The notes under the pieces: generated by a model
Seen by the model: the letters and a program-made list of their open reading frames with translations, nothing else
Databases searched by the model: none
What the model was told of the DNA's origin: nothing
Position numbers and translations under genes: made by a program
Part shown: positions 9,096-18,627 of the stretch, one piece after another
Numbering within the stretch: the stretch's first letter is position 1
Layout: each line of letters starts with the position of its first letter
DNA from: an uncultured Actinomycetota bacterium
GTDB lineage: Bacteria > Actinomycetota > Acidimicrobiia > Spongiisociales > UBA4744
Length of the DNA: 64,000 bases
Direction of reading: 5' to 3'
Assembly (NCBI GenBank): GCA_963823915.1
Contig: CAWGNJ010000002.1
Span: 335,192-399,191 of the forward strand

Positions 9096-9974
9096 TTGGG
9101 GAGAGGCGTGTCCAATAGTTCGAAGGGAGTCCAGGTGATTCGTGTTGTAACCGATTCGTCGTGCGATCTTCCCGAAGAGCTTGCCCTCACGCATGGGATC
9201 GAAATCGTCCCTCTCAACATCAGGTTCGGTGATCTCGAGTTCACCGATCGCCTCGAACTAAACCACGCCCAGTTTTGGAACAGACTCAAGACCTCCCCCG
9301 ATCTACCCGAGACGTCCGCACCCAGCGCCGGAATTTTTCGGGATACCTTCGCCCGCCTCGCCGCAGAAGGAGCGGACGGCATTGTCGCCGTGTGCCTGAG
9401 CTCGGACCTCAGCGGCACGTACCAGGCAGCGGTCATCGCCGCCGAACAAACCCCCGAGATTCCGATCAGAGTTGTGGATTCACGGAACGTCTCGATGGCC
9501 CTCGGATTTCAGGTGCTTGAGGCCGCTCGCGCGGGGGCACGAGGGGCCGACCTCGAACAGGTGGCCGCCGCGGTCCTGGCGAGCCGCGATCACACCAATT
9601 TCATAGTTGCTCTCGACACTCTCGACTTCTTACAGAGAGGCGGGCGGATCGGTTCGGCTCAAGCCTTTTTGGGCGGGCTGCTCAGCATCAAGCCGCTGAT
9701 AACGATGGAGGACGGCGTGGTCGCTGCTTTGGGCAGGGTGCGGACTCGGTCAAGAGCACTAGCCAACTTGGTCGAGAGAGTCGCCGCCCTGAGCGCCAAC
9801 ATCGAAGAGGTGGCCGTCGTCACCGGAGATTCGCCGGACGTCGAAAACTTCCGACAGGACCTGTCTGCTCTAGTCCCTGTCCATCTCGTCGCCGAGATCG
9901 GCCCGGTGGTCGGGACCCACTCCGGACCCGGGGTTATTGGAATCGCCTATCGGGTGAGTCCAACGCACCTTTAA
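9096..9974 (+). CDS. DegV-family fatty-acid-binding protein
   Basis: 292 aa. The sequence IRVVTDSSCDLPEELALTHGIEIVPLNIRFGD, with LSSDLSGTYQAA, is a typical DegV signature. Confidence 0.8.
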   Translation: MGRGVSNSSKGVQVIRVVTDSSCDLPEELALTHGIEIVPLNIRFGDLEFTDRLELNHAQFWNRLKTSPDLPETSAPSAGIFRDTFARLAAEGADGIVAVCLSSDLSGTYQAAVIAAEQTPEIPIRVVDSRNVSMALGFQVLEAARAGARGADLEQVAAAVLASRDHTNFIVALDTLDFLQRGGRIGSAQAFLGGLLSIKPLITMEDGVVAALGRVRTRSRALANLVERVAALSANIEEVAVVTGDSPDVENFRQDLSALVPVHLVAEIGPVVGTHSGPGVIGIAYRVSPTHL

Positions 9975-10006
9975 GGTGAGGACGACACCGCCTTTCGGAG
10001 AATCAC

Positions 10007-11310
10007 TTGCCGCCACCGCTCCCAGATCGCTTCAGTCTCGAGGTAAGGCTCGGCCGTGATCACGACGTCGAGGAGTGGCTGGCGACGGACACGGCCCTCG
10101 ACCGGCCGGTCCTCATCCGGGTGCTCGGGCCCGAGACAACTCAGGAACGCCGCCAGGCCTTTGTTGATGACACTCGGGCGGCGTCAGCCAGCACCCATGT
10201 TCACCTGATTTCCGTATACGCGGCCGGGTTGCTCGAAGAGGGAGCGTATTCCGTAACCGAATGGGCCGGCGGTGTATCAATGGCCGACCGCCTAGCGGCC
10301 GGCGAGACTATTCCGGTTGACGAATTCCTCCCCAACGCGGCCGGGCTTGCCGAGGGTCTTTCGGCTCTCCATCAAGCGGGGGGAATCCACGGCATGGTCG
10401 ATTCAGGAGCCATCTACTTTTCCGGCTCACATCCGGCCAAACTTGGTTCCTTTGGTCGCCCCCATACCGGAGCCTCCGTGGCGGAGGACACCCGGGCGAT
10501 GGCGGAGACCTTGACGACCTGTATTACCGGGCGACCGGTCGGAACCGCTTCCCCGTCGCAGGTTGTCGACGGAATCCCGTCGGCGGTCGACGACGCGCTG
10601 GAATCGGCTCGCCGAGGAGACCTCGACGCTGCCGGACTGGCCAAGCTCTCCACGCCACAACTCGTACCCCAACCGCTCCCCCCGACCGACGAGTTGGTCC
10701 TGGCGTTGGTTGGCGCCCGCGGCGCTTCTTTCCATTCTGGCTGTGGGAATCGTTGCGATCGGACTGGTGTTGCCCTCCGGTCCCGAATCTCCCATTCTGT
10801 TCCCGGATTCGCCTGACGCCAGCACCACGACCCTCACTCTCGCAACCAGCACGACCGTTGCGACAACCATCGTTGCCGGAGAACCGACCAGCATCGTGCG
10901 AGCCTTCTCCTACGACCCCGAGGGTGACGGCTCCGAGCACGACGAGAACATCGCCAAGCTCCTCGACGGAGATACCTCCACGAGTTGGCGCACCGAGCGG
11001 TATTTCGACCCCCTGCCGCAGCTCAAACGGGGAGTCGGAGTTGCCGTCGAGCTCAGCGGGCACCCGGCTCAATTCGAGGCGATCGGGCTGAGCAACGGAA
11101 CTTCCTACACGCTCATGTGGGCCGAAGCCCTGCCGCCCAACGGGATCGACGGGTGGGAGCGGTTGGCGAGCGGCCAGCGTATCGGGCGAAAGGGTGGCGA
11201 CCCAAGTCCCGGAACGTGCAGACGGTTTCTGGTTGCTTTGGTTCACCGATCTCCCCGCTCAGGAAGATGGCTTCTACGCATCATTGGCAGAAGTACGCTT
11301 CCTGCCATGA
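10007..11310 (+). CDS. stand-alone pseudokinase, single TM helix and extracellular beta-sandwich domain (like the C-terminal module of mycobacterial MviN/MurJ); about 2 frame breaks (~10690 and ~11195)
   Basis: It has a kinase-like fold with degenerate motifs: VLIRVL replaces VAIK, IHGMVDSG replaces HRDxKxxN, and KLGSFG replaces DFG. The TM helix is WLAPAALLSILAVGIVAIGLVL. The C-terminus reads SYDPEGDGSEHDENIAKLLDGDTSTSWRTERY...FWLLWFTDLPAQEDGFYASLAEVRFLP, ending at a TGA that overlaps the sigma-gene ATG (11307). Confidence 0.7.
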
Positions 11311-11888
11311 GTTTCCGGTCCGCAGAGGATGCCCAGCTGGTTTCTTCGTTCCTGGCGGGGGATCAGGGCTCTTTCGATCAACTCATGCGAGCTCATGAGG
11401 ATCGAGTGTTCGCTATTTGCCTGAGGGTGCTTACCAATCGGGAGGCGGCTCTTGATGCCGTCCAGGAGACGTTCATCACCGTCTACCGCAAGGCCCAGCA
11501 ATTCTCGGGCGCTTCGGCCTTCAGTACGTGGTTATACCGGATCGCCGTGAATACTTGCTACGACCAGTTGCGCAAGACTCGCAGGCACCAGGCTCAACCA
11601 CTGCCGGAATCCACCGATCCTGCCGATGCCCACAGCGAGGACGCTCTCGGTTCTGTGGAGCTCCGCCCGGATCTCGAGCGCGCGCTGGCAGCGTTGGCTC
11701 CCGAGTTCCGGACCGCAGTCGTCCTCAGTGACCTCGAGGGGCTCCCCTTGCAGGCGGTTGCTGAAGCTCTCGACGTTCCGATAGGGACGGTCAAATCGAG
11801 GGTTTTTCGGGGGAGGCGAGCCTTGGCCGAACATCTCAGGAACTTTTCCGGGTCGTCGGGTCATCAAAGGGGTGACCATGATGCATGA
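11307..11888 (+). CDS. ECF sigma factor (SigM-like by synteny)
   Basis: MSFRSAEDAQLVSSFLAGDQGSFDQLMRAHEDRVFAICLRVL...FSTWLYRIAVNTCYDQLRK...VVLSDLEGLPLQAVAEALDVPIGTVKSRVFRGRRAL. It sits upstream of anti-sigma-trxB-trxA-cwlM, as in mycobacteria. Confidence 0.85.
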   Translation: MSFRSAEDAQLVSSFLAGDQGSFDQLMRAHEDRVFAICLRVLTNREAALDAVQETFITVYRKAQQFSGASAFSTWLYRIAVNTCYDQLRKTRRHQAQPLPESTDPADAHSEDALGSVELRPDLERALAALAPEFRTAVVLSDLEGLPLQAVAEALDVPIGTVKSRVFRGRRALAEHLRNFSGSSGHQRGDHDA

Positions 11889-12696
11889 GCACGACTTCGA
11901 TTTGATTGCCGCCATCGCCGAAGGCGCGATGAGCCCGGCCGACCAAGCGGTTGCAGAAACTTCGCTGGCGGCCTGCGACGCCTGCCAAACCGATTTGGAG
12001 CTTCAGCGGGAGGCGCTGGCCGTATTGCGTGAATCCCCGCCACTCACCATGACCGACATTGAGCGAGCCGCGGTCCACAGAAATGTGTTGGCCGCTATAA
12101 ACCCGACTACCAAGACGGTTGTTTCGCGACCCAAAGATCCGTGGTTTCAGCGATTGATGCCGGCCATGGTCGCCGCGGCGGCCCTGGTGGTCGTAGTAGG
12201 CGTCGGGTCCGTTCTCATCAACGGAGGAAGTGACGCGGACACCGCAGCCGACACTACGGCGGCCGCCCTGGCCGGTGAGAGCCTTCGGGACACCGCCGAC
12301 GAGGAGTCGGCCGGATCCACCGGTGGAGCGCTGCTCGATGACGCCGCGGACGCCACGACAACGACGATGCAGATGCTCGCTCCGACCGCCACGATGGTCG
12401 AGGACTACGGAAACATCACGGGCGATGCCCTGAAGAACCTGGCGATCGAACTCGGCAGTGTTCAGGAATCGGACGACGGGGCGGCCTACGACCTGGAGCG
12501 GGTGTCCCTCGACGCTGCGCTGGTTTGCGCTGAGATCGTCGCCGAAGAGGGAACCATCACCTTCGCCGCCCGAGCCACCGTCGACGGAGATGCAGTTGAG
12601 ATCTACCGGCGAGACGGTTTGATCCAGGTATATTCTGACTGCCGATTGCAGCCTGACCGAGTCCTTCGAATAACCCCGCCCTGGGGATCGAGCTAA
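11872..12696 (+). CDS. putative membrane-spanning anti-sigma factor
   Basis: It overlaps the sigma-gene stop. The N-terminal cytoplasmic helix region carries CDAC, and there is a single TM helix (LMPAMVAAAALVVVVGVGSVLI). The call rests on position and topology only. Confidence 0.5.
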   Translation: MTMMHEHDFDLIAAIAEGAMSPADQAVAETSLAACDACQTDLELQREALAVLRESPPLTMTDIERAAVHRNVLAAINPTTKTVVSRPKDPWFQRLMPAMVAAAALVVVVGVGSVLINGGSDADTAADTTAAALAGESLRDTADEESAGSTGGALLDDAADATTTTMQMLAPTATMVEDYGNITGDALKNLAIELGSVQESDDGAAYDLERVSLDAALVCAEIVAEEGTITFAARATVDGDAVEIYRRDGLIQVYSDCRLQPDRVLRITPPWGSS

Positions 12697-12706
12697 CCTG
12701 CGGGAC

Positions 12707-12997
12707 ATGGAGGAATTCGCTACTCGTTTCGCCGACTTGCTCGAGAACACGACACTCAAAGTCAGGTCGTTGACCATCGATCGCTTCGATAGGGCCATCA
12801 AGGTCACCGCCTTGGGGATTGTTGCCTTCACTCTCGGGCTGATCGCCATCATCTATTTGATTCGGGCCATATTCCAGGCCGTGGCCGTTCCCCTGGGGGT
12901 GCTGGGGGCATATGCCCTCTTTGGTGGATTATTTGTCCTCGGCGGTGCGTTCCTGTGGGCGATAAGGAAACGCGAATCGAAGGAAGAAGATGACTGA
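12707..12997 (+). CDS. small two-TM membrane protein (Holin-X/phage-holin-3_6-like)
   Basis: 96 aa with two hydrophobic helices ([18 protein letters not shown] and [22 protein letters not shown]) and a charged tail. Confidence 0.45.
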   Translation: MEEFATRFADLLENTTLKVRSLTIDRFDRAIKVTALGIVAFTLGLIAIIYLIRAIFQAVAVPLGVLGAYALFGGLFVLGGAFLWAIRKRESKEEDD

Positions 12998-13910
12998 GAA
13001 GGTAATCATCATCGGCTCCGGGCCGGCCGGCCTGACAGCCGCCATCTACGCAGCCCGCGCCGATTTGAACCCCCTCATGTTCGAGGGCAGCCAGGCCGGC
13101 GGCCAGCTGATGCTGACCACCGATGTCGAGAATTTTCCGGGCTTTCCCGATGGAATCCTTGGACCCGACTTGATGGACCAAATGCGCAAGCAAGCCGCAC
13201 GCTTTGAAACCCGGATAGAAACCGCTGATGTCAGCCAGGTCGACTTCAGTTCCCGTCCTCTCAAGGTCTGGGTCGGGGCCGATGAGCATCATGCCGAAAC
13301 TGTGATCATCTCGACCGGAGCATCTGCCCGCTGGCTGGGGATTCCAGGAGAAGACCGGCTTCGGGGTCGAGGGGTTTCGGCATGTGCCACCTGCGACGGC
13401 TTTTTCTTCAGGGATCGAGACATTGTGGTGGTGGGCGGAGGCGATTCAGCGATGGAGGAAGCGATCTTCCTAACCAAGTTTGCCTCCCAGGTCACCGTCA
13501 TCCATCGTCGCGACGAGTTCCGCGCTTCGGCCATCATGGCCAAGCGAGTAATGGAGCATCCAAAGGTCGAGGTGATCTGGGATACCGTCGTTGAGGAGAT
13601 GCTGGGCGGGGATGAGCTAACCGGGATCAAGATGCGCAATGTGCACACCGGCCAAGTCTCCGAGATGGATACTGAAGGCGTGTTTGTTGCGATCGGGCAC
13701 ACACCCAATACTGAGATCTTCCGGGATCAGCTCGAAATGGACGAGGTGGGGTATCTCACCCTGCGCGGTGACGGATCGACTGCAACTTCTGTCGAGGGGG
13801 TCTTTGCAGCCGGAGACGTAGCCGACTCGACATACCGACAAGCGATCACAGCCGCTGGAACCGGATGCCAAGCAGCGATCGATGCGGAGCGATGGCTTCA
13901 CCAGGAATGA
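12990..13910 (+). CDS. trxB: thioredoxin-disulfide reductase
   Basis: 306 aa with [17 protein letters not shown] (the FAD-binding GxGxxG), the CATCDG redox centre, and [12 protein letters not shown] (NADPH binding). Confidence 0.95.
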   Translation: MTEKVIIIGSGPAGLTAAIYAARADLNPLMFEGSQAGGQLMLTTDVENFPGFPDGILGPDLMDQMRKQAARFETRIETADVSQVDFSSRPLKVWVGADEHHAETVIISTGASARWLGIPGEDRLRGRGVSACATCDGFFFRDRDIVVVGGGDSAMEEAIFLTKFASQVTVIHRRDEFRASAIMAKRVMEHPKVEVIWDTVVEEMLGGDELTGIKMRNVHTGQVSEMDTEGVFVAIGHTPNTEIFRDQLEMDEVGYLTLRGDGSTATSVEGVFAAGDVADSTYRQAITAAGTGCQAAIDAERWLHQE

Positions 13911-13960
13911 ATGCCGGCCCGGGTCTGTTTACTCTGAGCGATTAGAAAGGGAGAACTCCG

Positions 13961-14287
13961 ATGGGCGAAAACGCAGTGATTGTCACCGACGGCAACTTCG
14001 AAGAAGCTGTCGCCGGAGACAAAGCGGTACTGGTCGATTTCTGGGCCGAGTGGTGCGGGCCGTGCCGTATGGTTGCCCCTGTCTTGGAAGAAATTGGCAA
14101 GGAGTATCCGGATCAGATCACCATCGCCAAACTGAATGTGGATGAGAACCCCGCGATCGCCGCAGCCTATGACGTCATGAGCATCCCGACCATGATCGTT
14201 TTCCAACAGGGTGTCGAAAAAAAGCGGATCGTTGGTGCCCGTCCCAAGCACTCGATGATCTCGGAGCTTGCTCCCTTCCTAACCTGA
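13961..14287 (+). CDS. trxA: thioredoxin
   Basis: 108 aa with the WCGPC active site. Confidence 0.95.
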   Translation: MGENAVIVTDGNFEEAVAGDKAVLVDFWAEWCGPCRMVAPVLEEIGKEYPDQITIAKLNVDENPAIAAAYDVMSIPTMIVFQQGVEKKRIVGARPKHSMISELAPFLT

Positions 14288-14305
14288 ATCTGCGACCATA
14301 GGGCC

Positions 14306-15316
14306 ATGCGGCTCTACCGATCGGGTGATTCAGGGACCGCCGTCCGGGACATCCAGGATCGGCTGAGTGCTCTCGGCTATCCGTGCACTGCCGATCCCCG
14401 AAGCGAGTTCGGTGAGGCCACACTTGCTTCTGTTATGGCTTTCCAACGTCGGCGGGGATTACCGGCCGACGGAATTGTGGGGCCGGAGACGTGGAGAGCG
14501 ATTTACGAAGCGGGTTACCGGCTGGGCGATCGACTCCTCTACCACCGGCGCCCGATGTTGCGTGGTGACGATGTCGCCGAACTGCAGCGGAGACTCAACT
14601 CTCTCGGATTCGATGCCGGCAAAGTCGACGGGATTTTCGGACCCCTGGCTCTCCGGTCACTGGTCGACTTCCAGCAAAACCGCGGCATGGCAGAAGATGG
14701 CATCGCCGGACCCCGGACTCTGGCCGAACTTCACCTGGTGGCTCGAGCCACCCAGAAGACCGGTCGAGAGGCGATCAGGGAGCGGGAATGGTTGCGGGGT
14801 CTCCCCCACTCGGTGGTGGGTGCTCGAGTCTTTCTTGATCCCGCTTGCCGGGATACAGAGGAAGCGGACCAGACCTGGCGAGTGGCCAGCGAGACCGCCC
14901 TCATCCTGCAGCAGGAAGGCGCCATTCCGATTCTGTCGAGAAGTAGTGACACCAATCTTCCCGAACGGATCCGGGCTCGCCGAGCCAACCGCTTAGGAGC
15001 TGCTCTCATCGTTTCGTTTCAACTCCCCTACGCGGAGCCTTCTTCCGTGTTCTTCTTTGCCTCGTCAATGAGCAGAAGCGAAGCAGGAGCCCTGCTGGCT
15101 GCGGCCATCGCCGAGCGCCTCGGCTTGCCGTTCGAAGGCCGCGCTCATCCCATGCTCAAGGAGACCCGCGCTCCCGCCGTTGTGGTGGCCACACCCGAAA
15201 TGGACAGCCCACTCGGCAAGATGGTGGCCGAGGCTATCAGCGGCTTCTTCTCTTCCGCGCAAGAGAATGTGGACGACCCCAATCCGCATGGCACCGGCTT
15301 GTCAGGTCTGCTCTAA
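14306..15316 (+). CDS. cwlM: CwlM-like protein: two peptidoglycan-binding domains plus an N-acetylmuramoyl-L-alanine amidase (amidase_3) domain
   Basis: Two PG_binding_1 repeats are present (GDSGTAVRDIQDRLSALGY...ADGIVGPETW and GDDVAELQRRLNSLGF...DGIFGP). The C-terminal region is amidase-like. Synteny with trxA-trxB-sigM supports the call. Confidence 0.8.
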   Translation: MRLYRSGDSGTAVRDIQDRLSALGYPCTADPRSEFGEATLASVMAFQRRRGLPADGIVGPETWRAIYEAGYRLGDRLLYHRRPMLRGDDVAELQRRLNSLGFDAGKVDGIFGPLALRSLVDFQQNRGMAEDGIAGPRTLAELHLVARATQKTGREAIREREWLRGLPHSVVGARVFLDPACRDTEEADQTWRVASETALILQQEGAIPILSRSSDTNLPERIRARRANRLGAALIVSFQLPYAEPSSVFFFASSMSRSEAGALLAAAIAERLGLPFEGRAHPMLKETRAPAVVVATPEMDSPLGKMVAEAISGFFSSAQENVDDPNPHGTGLSGLL

Positions 15317-15331
15317 CCGCGGACTTTTTAA

Positions 15332-15347
15332 AACGTCACGTGACGTT
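15332..15347. promoter_or_regulatory. perfect 16-nt palindrome AACGTCACGTGACGTT between the convergent cwlM and parB (parS-like core)
   Basis: The central TCACGTGA is identical to the parS core, but the flanks differ from TGTT/AACA. Confidence 0.35.
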
Positions 15348-15362
15348 ATGGTTTGCATATAA

Positions 15363-16223
15363 CTATGCGGAAAAAAACTGTCGATAGATCCGTTCTAGGT
15401 CGTCGAGGGAGGTGAAATCGATCACCAGCTTGCCCCGATCGTTGGCGTACTTGATCTTGACCCGGGTAGCCAACTGATCGCGCAGCCGCTGCTCCAGTTC
15501 GACGATGGCCGCCGGCCGGGCCGCCTTCATTCTCCGACCGGTCGACTGATCGGACACTGCTTGGTTTCTCGAGCGGACCGCATCCTCTACTTGACGTACA
15601 GACCAGCCTTCTTCTACTGCGCGTTCGGCGATATGTTCGGCGAATTTTTGATCCTCCAGGCCAAGGAGAGCGCGCGCGTGGCCTGCGGACAGTTCTCCCC
15701 TTTCAAGCTTTCCTTGGATCGCGGCCGGCAACTGCAAGAGACGAAGAGAGTTTGTAATGGCCGAACGGCTCTTCCCCACCCGGTTGCCGACCTCTTCATG
15801 AGTCAATCCAAAATCTTCGAGAAGCTCCTGATAGGCCGTTGCTTCTTCGAGCGGACTGAGGTCTTCACGCTGCAGGTTCTCGACCAGTGCCTCAGTGAGC
15901 AAGGATCGGTCGTCGCTTTCCCGGATAATGGCGGGAATCTCCTTGAGCCCCACTTTCCGGGCCGCCCGCCACCGTCGCTCCCCTGCGACCAGCGTGTACG
16001 AGCCTTCTTCTGACTCACGCACAATGATTGGTTGCAGGACACCTACCTCGATGATTGAAGCCGCCAATGAGGCGAGCGCCTCTTCGTCAAATACCGAGCG
16101 GGGTTGGTGAGGATTGGGTGAGACTCGATCGGTAGGGATGATGGCAAAGCCAGTCCTGGCGTCCTCACTTCTCGGAATGAGGGCCTCGAGTCCTCTTCCT
16201 AGTCCGCTTCTGCGAGTTGCCAT
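15363..16223 (-). CDS. parB: chromosome partitioning protein ParB
   Basis: 286 aa with the ParB box LVAGERRWRAARKVGL and an HTH segment. Confidence 0.95.
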   Translation of the reverse strand: MATRRSGLGRGLEALIPRSEDARTGFAIIPTDRVSPNPHQPRSVFDEEALASLAASIIEVGVLQPIIVRESEEGSYTLVAGERRWRAARKVGLKEIPAIIRESDDRSLLTEALVENLQREDLSPLEEATAYQELLEDFGLTHEEVGNRVGKSRSAITNSLRLLQLPAAIQGKLERGELSAGHARALLGLEDQKFAEHIAERAVEEGWSVRQVEDAVRSRNQAVSDQSTGRRMKAARPAAIVELEQRLRDQLATRVKIKYANDRGKLVIDFTSLDDLERIYRQFFSA

Positions 16224-16234
16224 TTGTAGTCCTC

Positions 16235-17056
16235 CTAAACCCGGCCGTGTCGCCGGCGAAACTCTCTTCCCAACTCTCGATAGGCGATTGCTCCCCTACT
16301 CATGGGGTCAAAAGCTTCGATTGGCTCGCCATACGAAGGCGCTTCTGACAATCGAACGGATCTTGGGATCACAGTCTTGTAGGCGAGTTCACCAAAATAA
16401 GTCCTCACCTGCGCGACAACATCGGAAGACAGATTGGTTCTGCCATCAAACATCGTCAACACGACTCCGCCAACTGAAAGCTGGGGATTCAAGTTGCCCG
16501 AAACCAATTCGATGTTCTTCATTAACTGACTCAATCCCTCGAGTGCGTAATACTCACACTGAATCGGGATGAGGACCTCGCTGGCGGCGGCCAGAGCATT
16601 GATAGTCAGCAAACCGAGCGACGGGGGACAATCAATGAGGACGAAGTCGTAGTCCTTTTCGATATGCATGAGCGCGTGACGTAACCGCAGTTCTCTGGAA
16701 AACATCGAAACGAGTTCTATCTCCGAGCCGGCCAGGTCTATTGTGGCGGGGACTACAAAGAGATCTCTCACGCTGGTGGGCTCAATAACATCAACCAGCG
16801 GAGTCTCATGGATCAGAACGTCGTAGATAGATGAAGAAATGGCCGATCTGTCGATTCCCAACCCGGACGTGCTGTTTCCCTGCGGATCCAGATCGACCAC
16901 CAGTACTCGTTCGCCCTGGTATGACAGGGCGGCGGCAAGGTTGATGGCGGTAGTGGACTTGCCTACTCCACCTTTTTGGTTGGTAATGGCTATGACGGTG
17001 AGGTCGTGTTCAATGTTCACTGGAACCCATCCTAAGAAGTGAAACCGGTCCGTCAA
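16235..17056 (-). CDS. parA: chromosome partitioning ATPase ParA/Soj
   Basis: The deviant Walker A is NQKGGVGKSTTAINLAAAL. The true start may be the internal GTG (~17020), because the longest ORF overlaps rsmG by 47 nt. Confidence 0.95.
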   Translation of the reverse strand: MTDRFHFLGWVPVNIEHDLTVIAITNQKGGVGKSTTAINLAAALSYQGERVLVVDLDPQGNSTSGLGIDRSAISSSIYDVLIHETPLVDVIEPTSVRDLFVVPATIDLAGSEIELVSMFSRELRLRHALMHIEKDYDFVLIDCPPSLGLLTINALAAASEVLIPIQCEYYALEGLSQLMKNIELVSGNLNPQLSVGGVVLTMFDGRTNLSSDVVAQVRTYFGELAYKTVIPRSVRLSEAPSYGEPIEAFDPMSRGAIAYRELGREFRRRHGRV

Positions 17057-17660
17057 GGACCGTTCGAGGTACTTCTATCCTCTGGACCAGCCATTCTCCT
17101 TCGGCCTGGTCCGGAAATGAGGAGGCTGAGTGGGCGCCTCGTAGTCCTATGACGGCGGTTCCGCCCGGTCTCAGTACGGTTCTAGCTACCTCCAGGGCCT
17201 GTAGGGGCGGCAAAACCGCCCTAAACACTGCTCCATCCCACCGGGTTCGCTCCGAACGGACATCACCTTGCCGTACTTCGACATTCTCGAGGTCCAATTG
17301 ACGGACGGCTCTCTTGACCAAATCTGCCCGCTTTTCAGCCCGATCCAACAGAGTTACGGCCACCTGAGGCCACAGTACGGCTAGCGGAATCCCTGGTAGT
17401 CCCACCCCCGACCCAACGTCCAAGAGTCGCGGTGGAGGAGTTGCGGCCCGCCACCCACAGGAGAAAGCCAACGAATCGGCGATGTGTCGGCTCCAAATAC
17501 GGGCCGACTCATTTGGTCCGATCCCACCCGCCCCAACGGCTTCATCCCGCAGCCATTCGGCCAGGGCTTGAAGCTGGCCCCATTGATGGGAGTCGAGAGT
17601 GACGCCGACCCACCTCAATACCTTGTCTACGGACTGGCGATCAACGTCCAGATGTTTCAC
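17010..17660 (-). CDS. rsmG: 16S rRNA (guanine527-N7)-methyltransferase RsmG (GidB)
   Basis: 216 aa with the SAM motif LLDVGSGVGLPGIPLA. It holds the conserved position between jag and parA. Confidence 0.9.
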   Translation of the reverse strand: MKHLDVDRQSVDKVLRWVGVTLDSHQWGQLQALAEWLRDEAVGAGGIGPNESARIWSRHIADSLAFSCGWRAATPPPRLLDVGSGVGLPGIPLAVLWPQVAVTLLDRAEKRADLVKRAVRQLDLENVEVRQGDVRSERTRWDGAVFRAVLPPLQALEVARTVLRPGGTAVIGLRGAHSASSFPDQAEGEWLVQRIEVPRTVLDGPVSLLRMGSSEH

Positions 17661-17668
17661 GTGAAACT
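17653..17668. promoter_or_regulatory. parS: parS centromere site
   Basis: TGTTTCACGTGAAACT matches the consensus TGTTTCACGTGAAACA at 15 of 16 positions. It overlaps the GTG start of rsmG. Confidence 0.8.
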
Positions 17669-17686
17669 TGAGGGATTGCGTCTTCC

Positions 17687-18625
17687 CTACTCGTCTTCTG
17701 CGGCAATAACCACCGACCGGCGGGGCTCTTCGCCTTCCGAGTAGGTCCGAACACCTTCGATCTCGCCGATCGTGTCGTGGACGATCTTGCGTTCCGCGGC
17801 ATTCATTGGTTCGACCATGATCTCGCCGCCTTCGTCCAGGACCTGTTGTCCAAGGCGCTGGGCGTAGATTTTCAACGCCTCGCGACGCCGTTCGGCATAT
17901 CCGGCTATATCGAGTCGAATCCTCGCAGATTCCTGGGTCTTTCGTTGCACAACGGTTTTCGCGAGTTCATGGATCGATTGCAGGATGATGCCCCGCGAGC
18001 CGACAAGGGCTTCTGTTTCGCTACCCTGAACCTCGGCGTAGATGATGTCCTCGTCCACCCGCGTTTCGACCTGTCCTTCAAGGCCAAACGCGTCGAGCAG
18101 ACCCTCGAGGAATTCGCCCACGACGCTAGCCTGCTCTTCTCGGCTCACGGTTGTCTCCTTCTCTGGCGCCGCATTTCGCTCGCGGCCGGCTGTCGCAGGC
18201 CGAGCTTCCGCGGTCCGTTTTTCCTGTGATTTTGCTTGATTGCCTGGTTTTTGTTGCTGACGTTGACCGGATTGCTTCTTCTGGTCCCGGGGTTGACCAG
18301 AAGAGCCCTTCTGGTTTCGCCCTTGTCCAGAACGATCCTGTTGGTCCCGTCCCTGTCGGGGCTGACTGCGTTTTTCTCCGCCCCGTTGGGCAGTTTTTCT
18401 CTGATCGCCGCCACCCTTGTTCCCGGAGGGACGCTGGCGGCGGCGCTTCTTGGGAAGGGGCTTAACCCGTACTACTGCGTCGGTGCGACCAATTCCCAGG
18501 AAGCCCTTTTCAGGCTGTTGGAGCACCTCGACGTCCACTTCCTCACGAGACGAGACACCCAGTTCCGCTAGGGCTGCTTCTACAGCTACCTCGACAGAGG
18601 GTCCTTTGACTTCAACCCACTCCAC
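17687..18625 (-). CDS. jag: Jag/KhpB-type RNA-binding protein (Jag_N, KH, R3H)
   Basis: The start is a GTG preceded by aggagg, 2 nt after the yidC stop. The N-terminus reads VEWVEVKGPSVEVAVEAALAELGV. A basic low-complexity linker follows. The R3H end reads MNAAERKIVHDTIGEIEGVRTYSEGEEPRRSVVI. The 412-aa ORF in the track over-extends into yidC. Confidence 0.8.
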   Translation of the reverse strand: MEWVEVKGPSVEVAVEAALAELGVSSREEVDVEVLQQPEKGFLGIGRTDAVVRVKPLPKKRRRQRPSGNKGGGDQRKTAQRGGEKRSQPRQGRDQQDRSGQGRNQKGSSGQPRDQKKQSGQRQQQKPGNQAKSQEKRTAEARPATAGRERNAAPEKETTVSREEQASVVGEFLEGLLDAFGLEGQVETRVDEDIIYAEVQGSETEALVGSRGIILQSIHELAKTVVQRKTQESARIRLDIAGYAERRREALKIYAQRLGQQVLDEGGEIMVEPMNAAERKIVHDTIGEIEGVRTYSEGEEPRRSVVIAAEDE

Positions 18626-18627
18626 AG

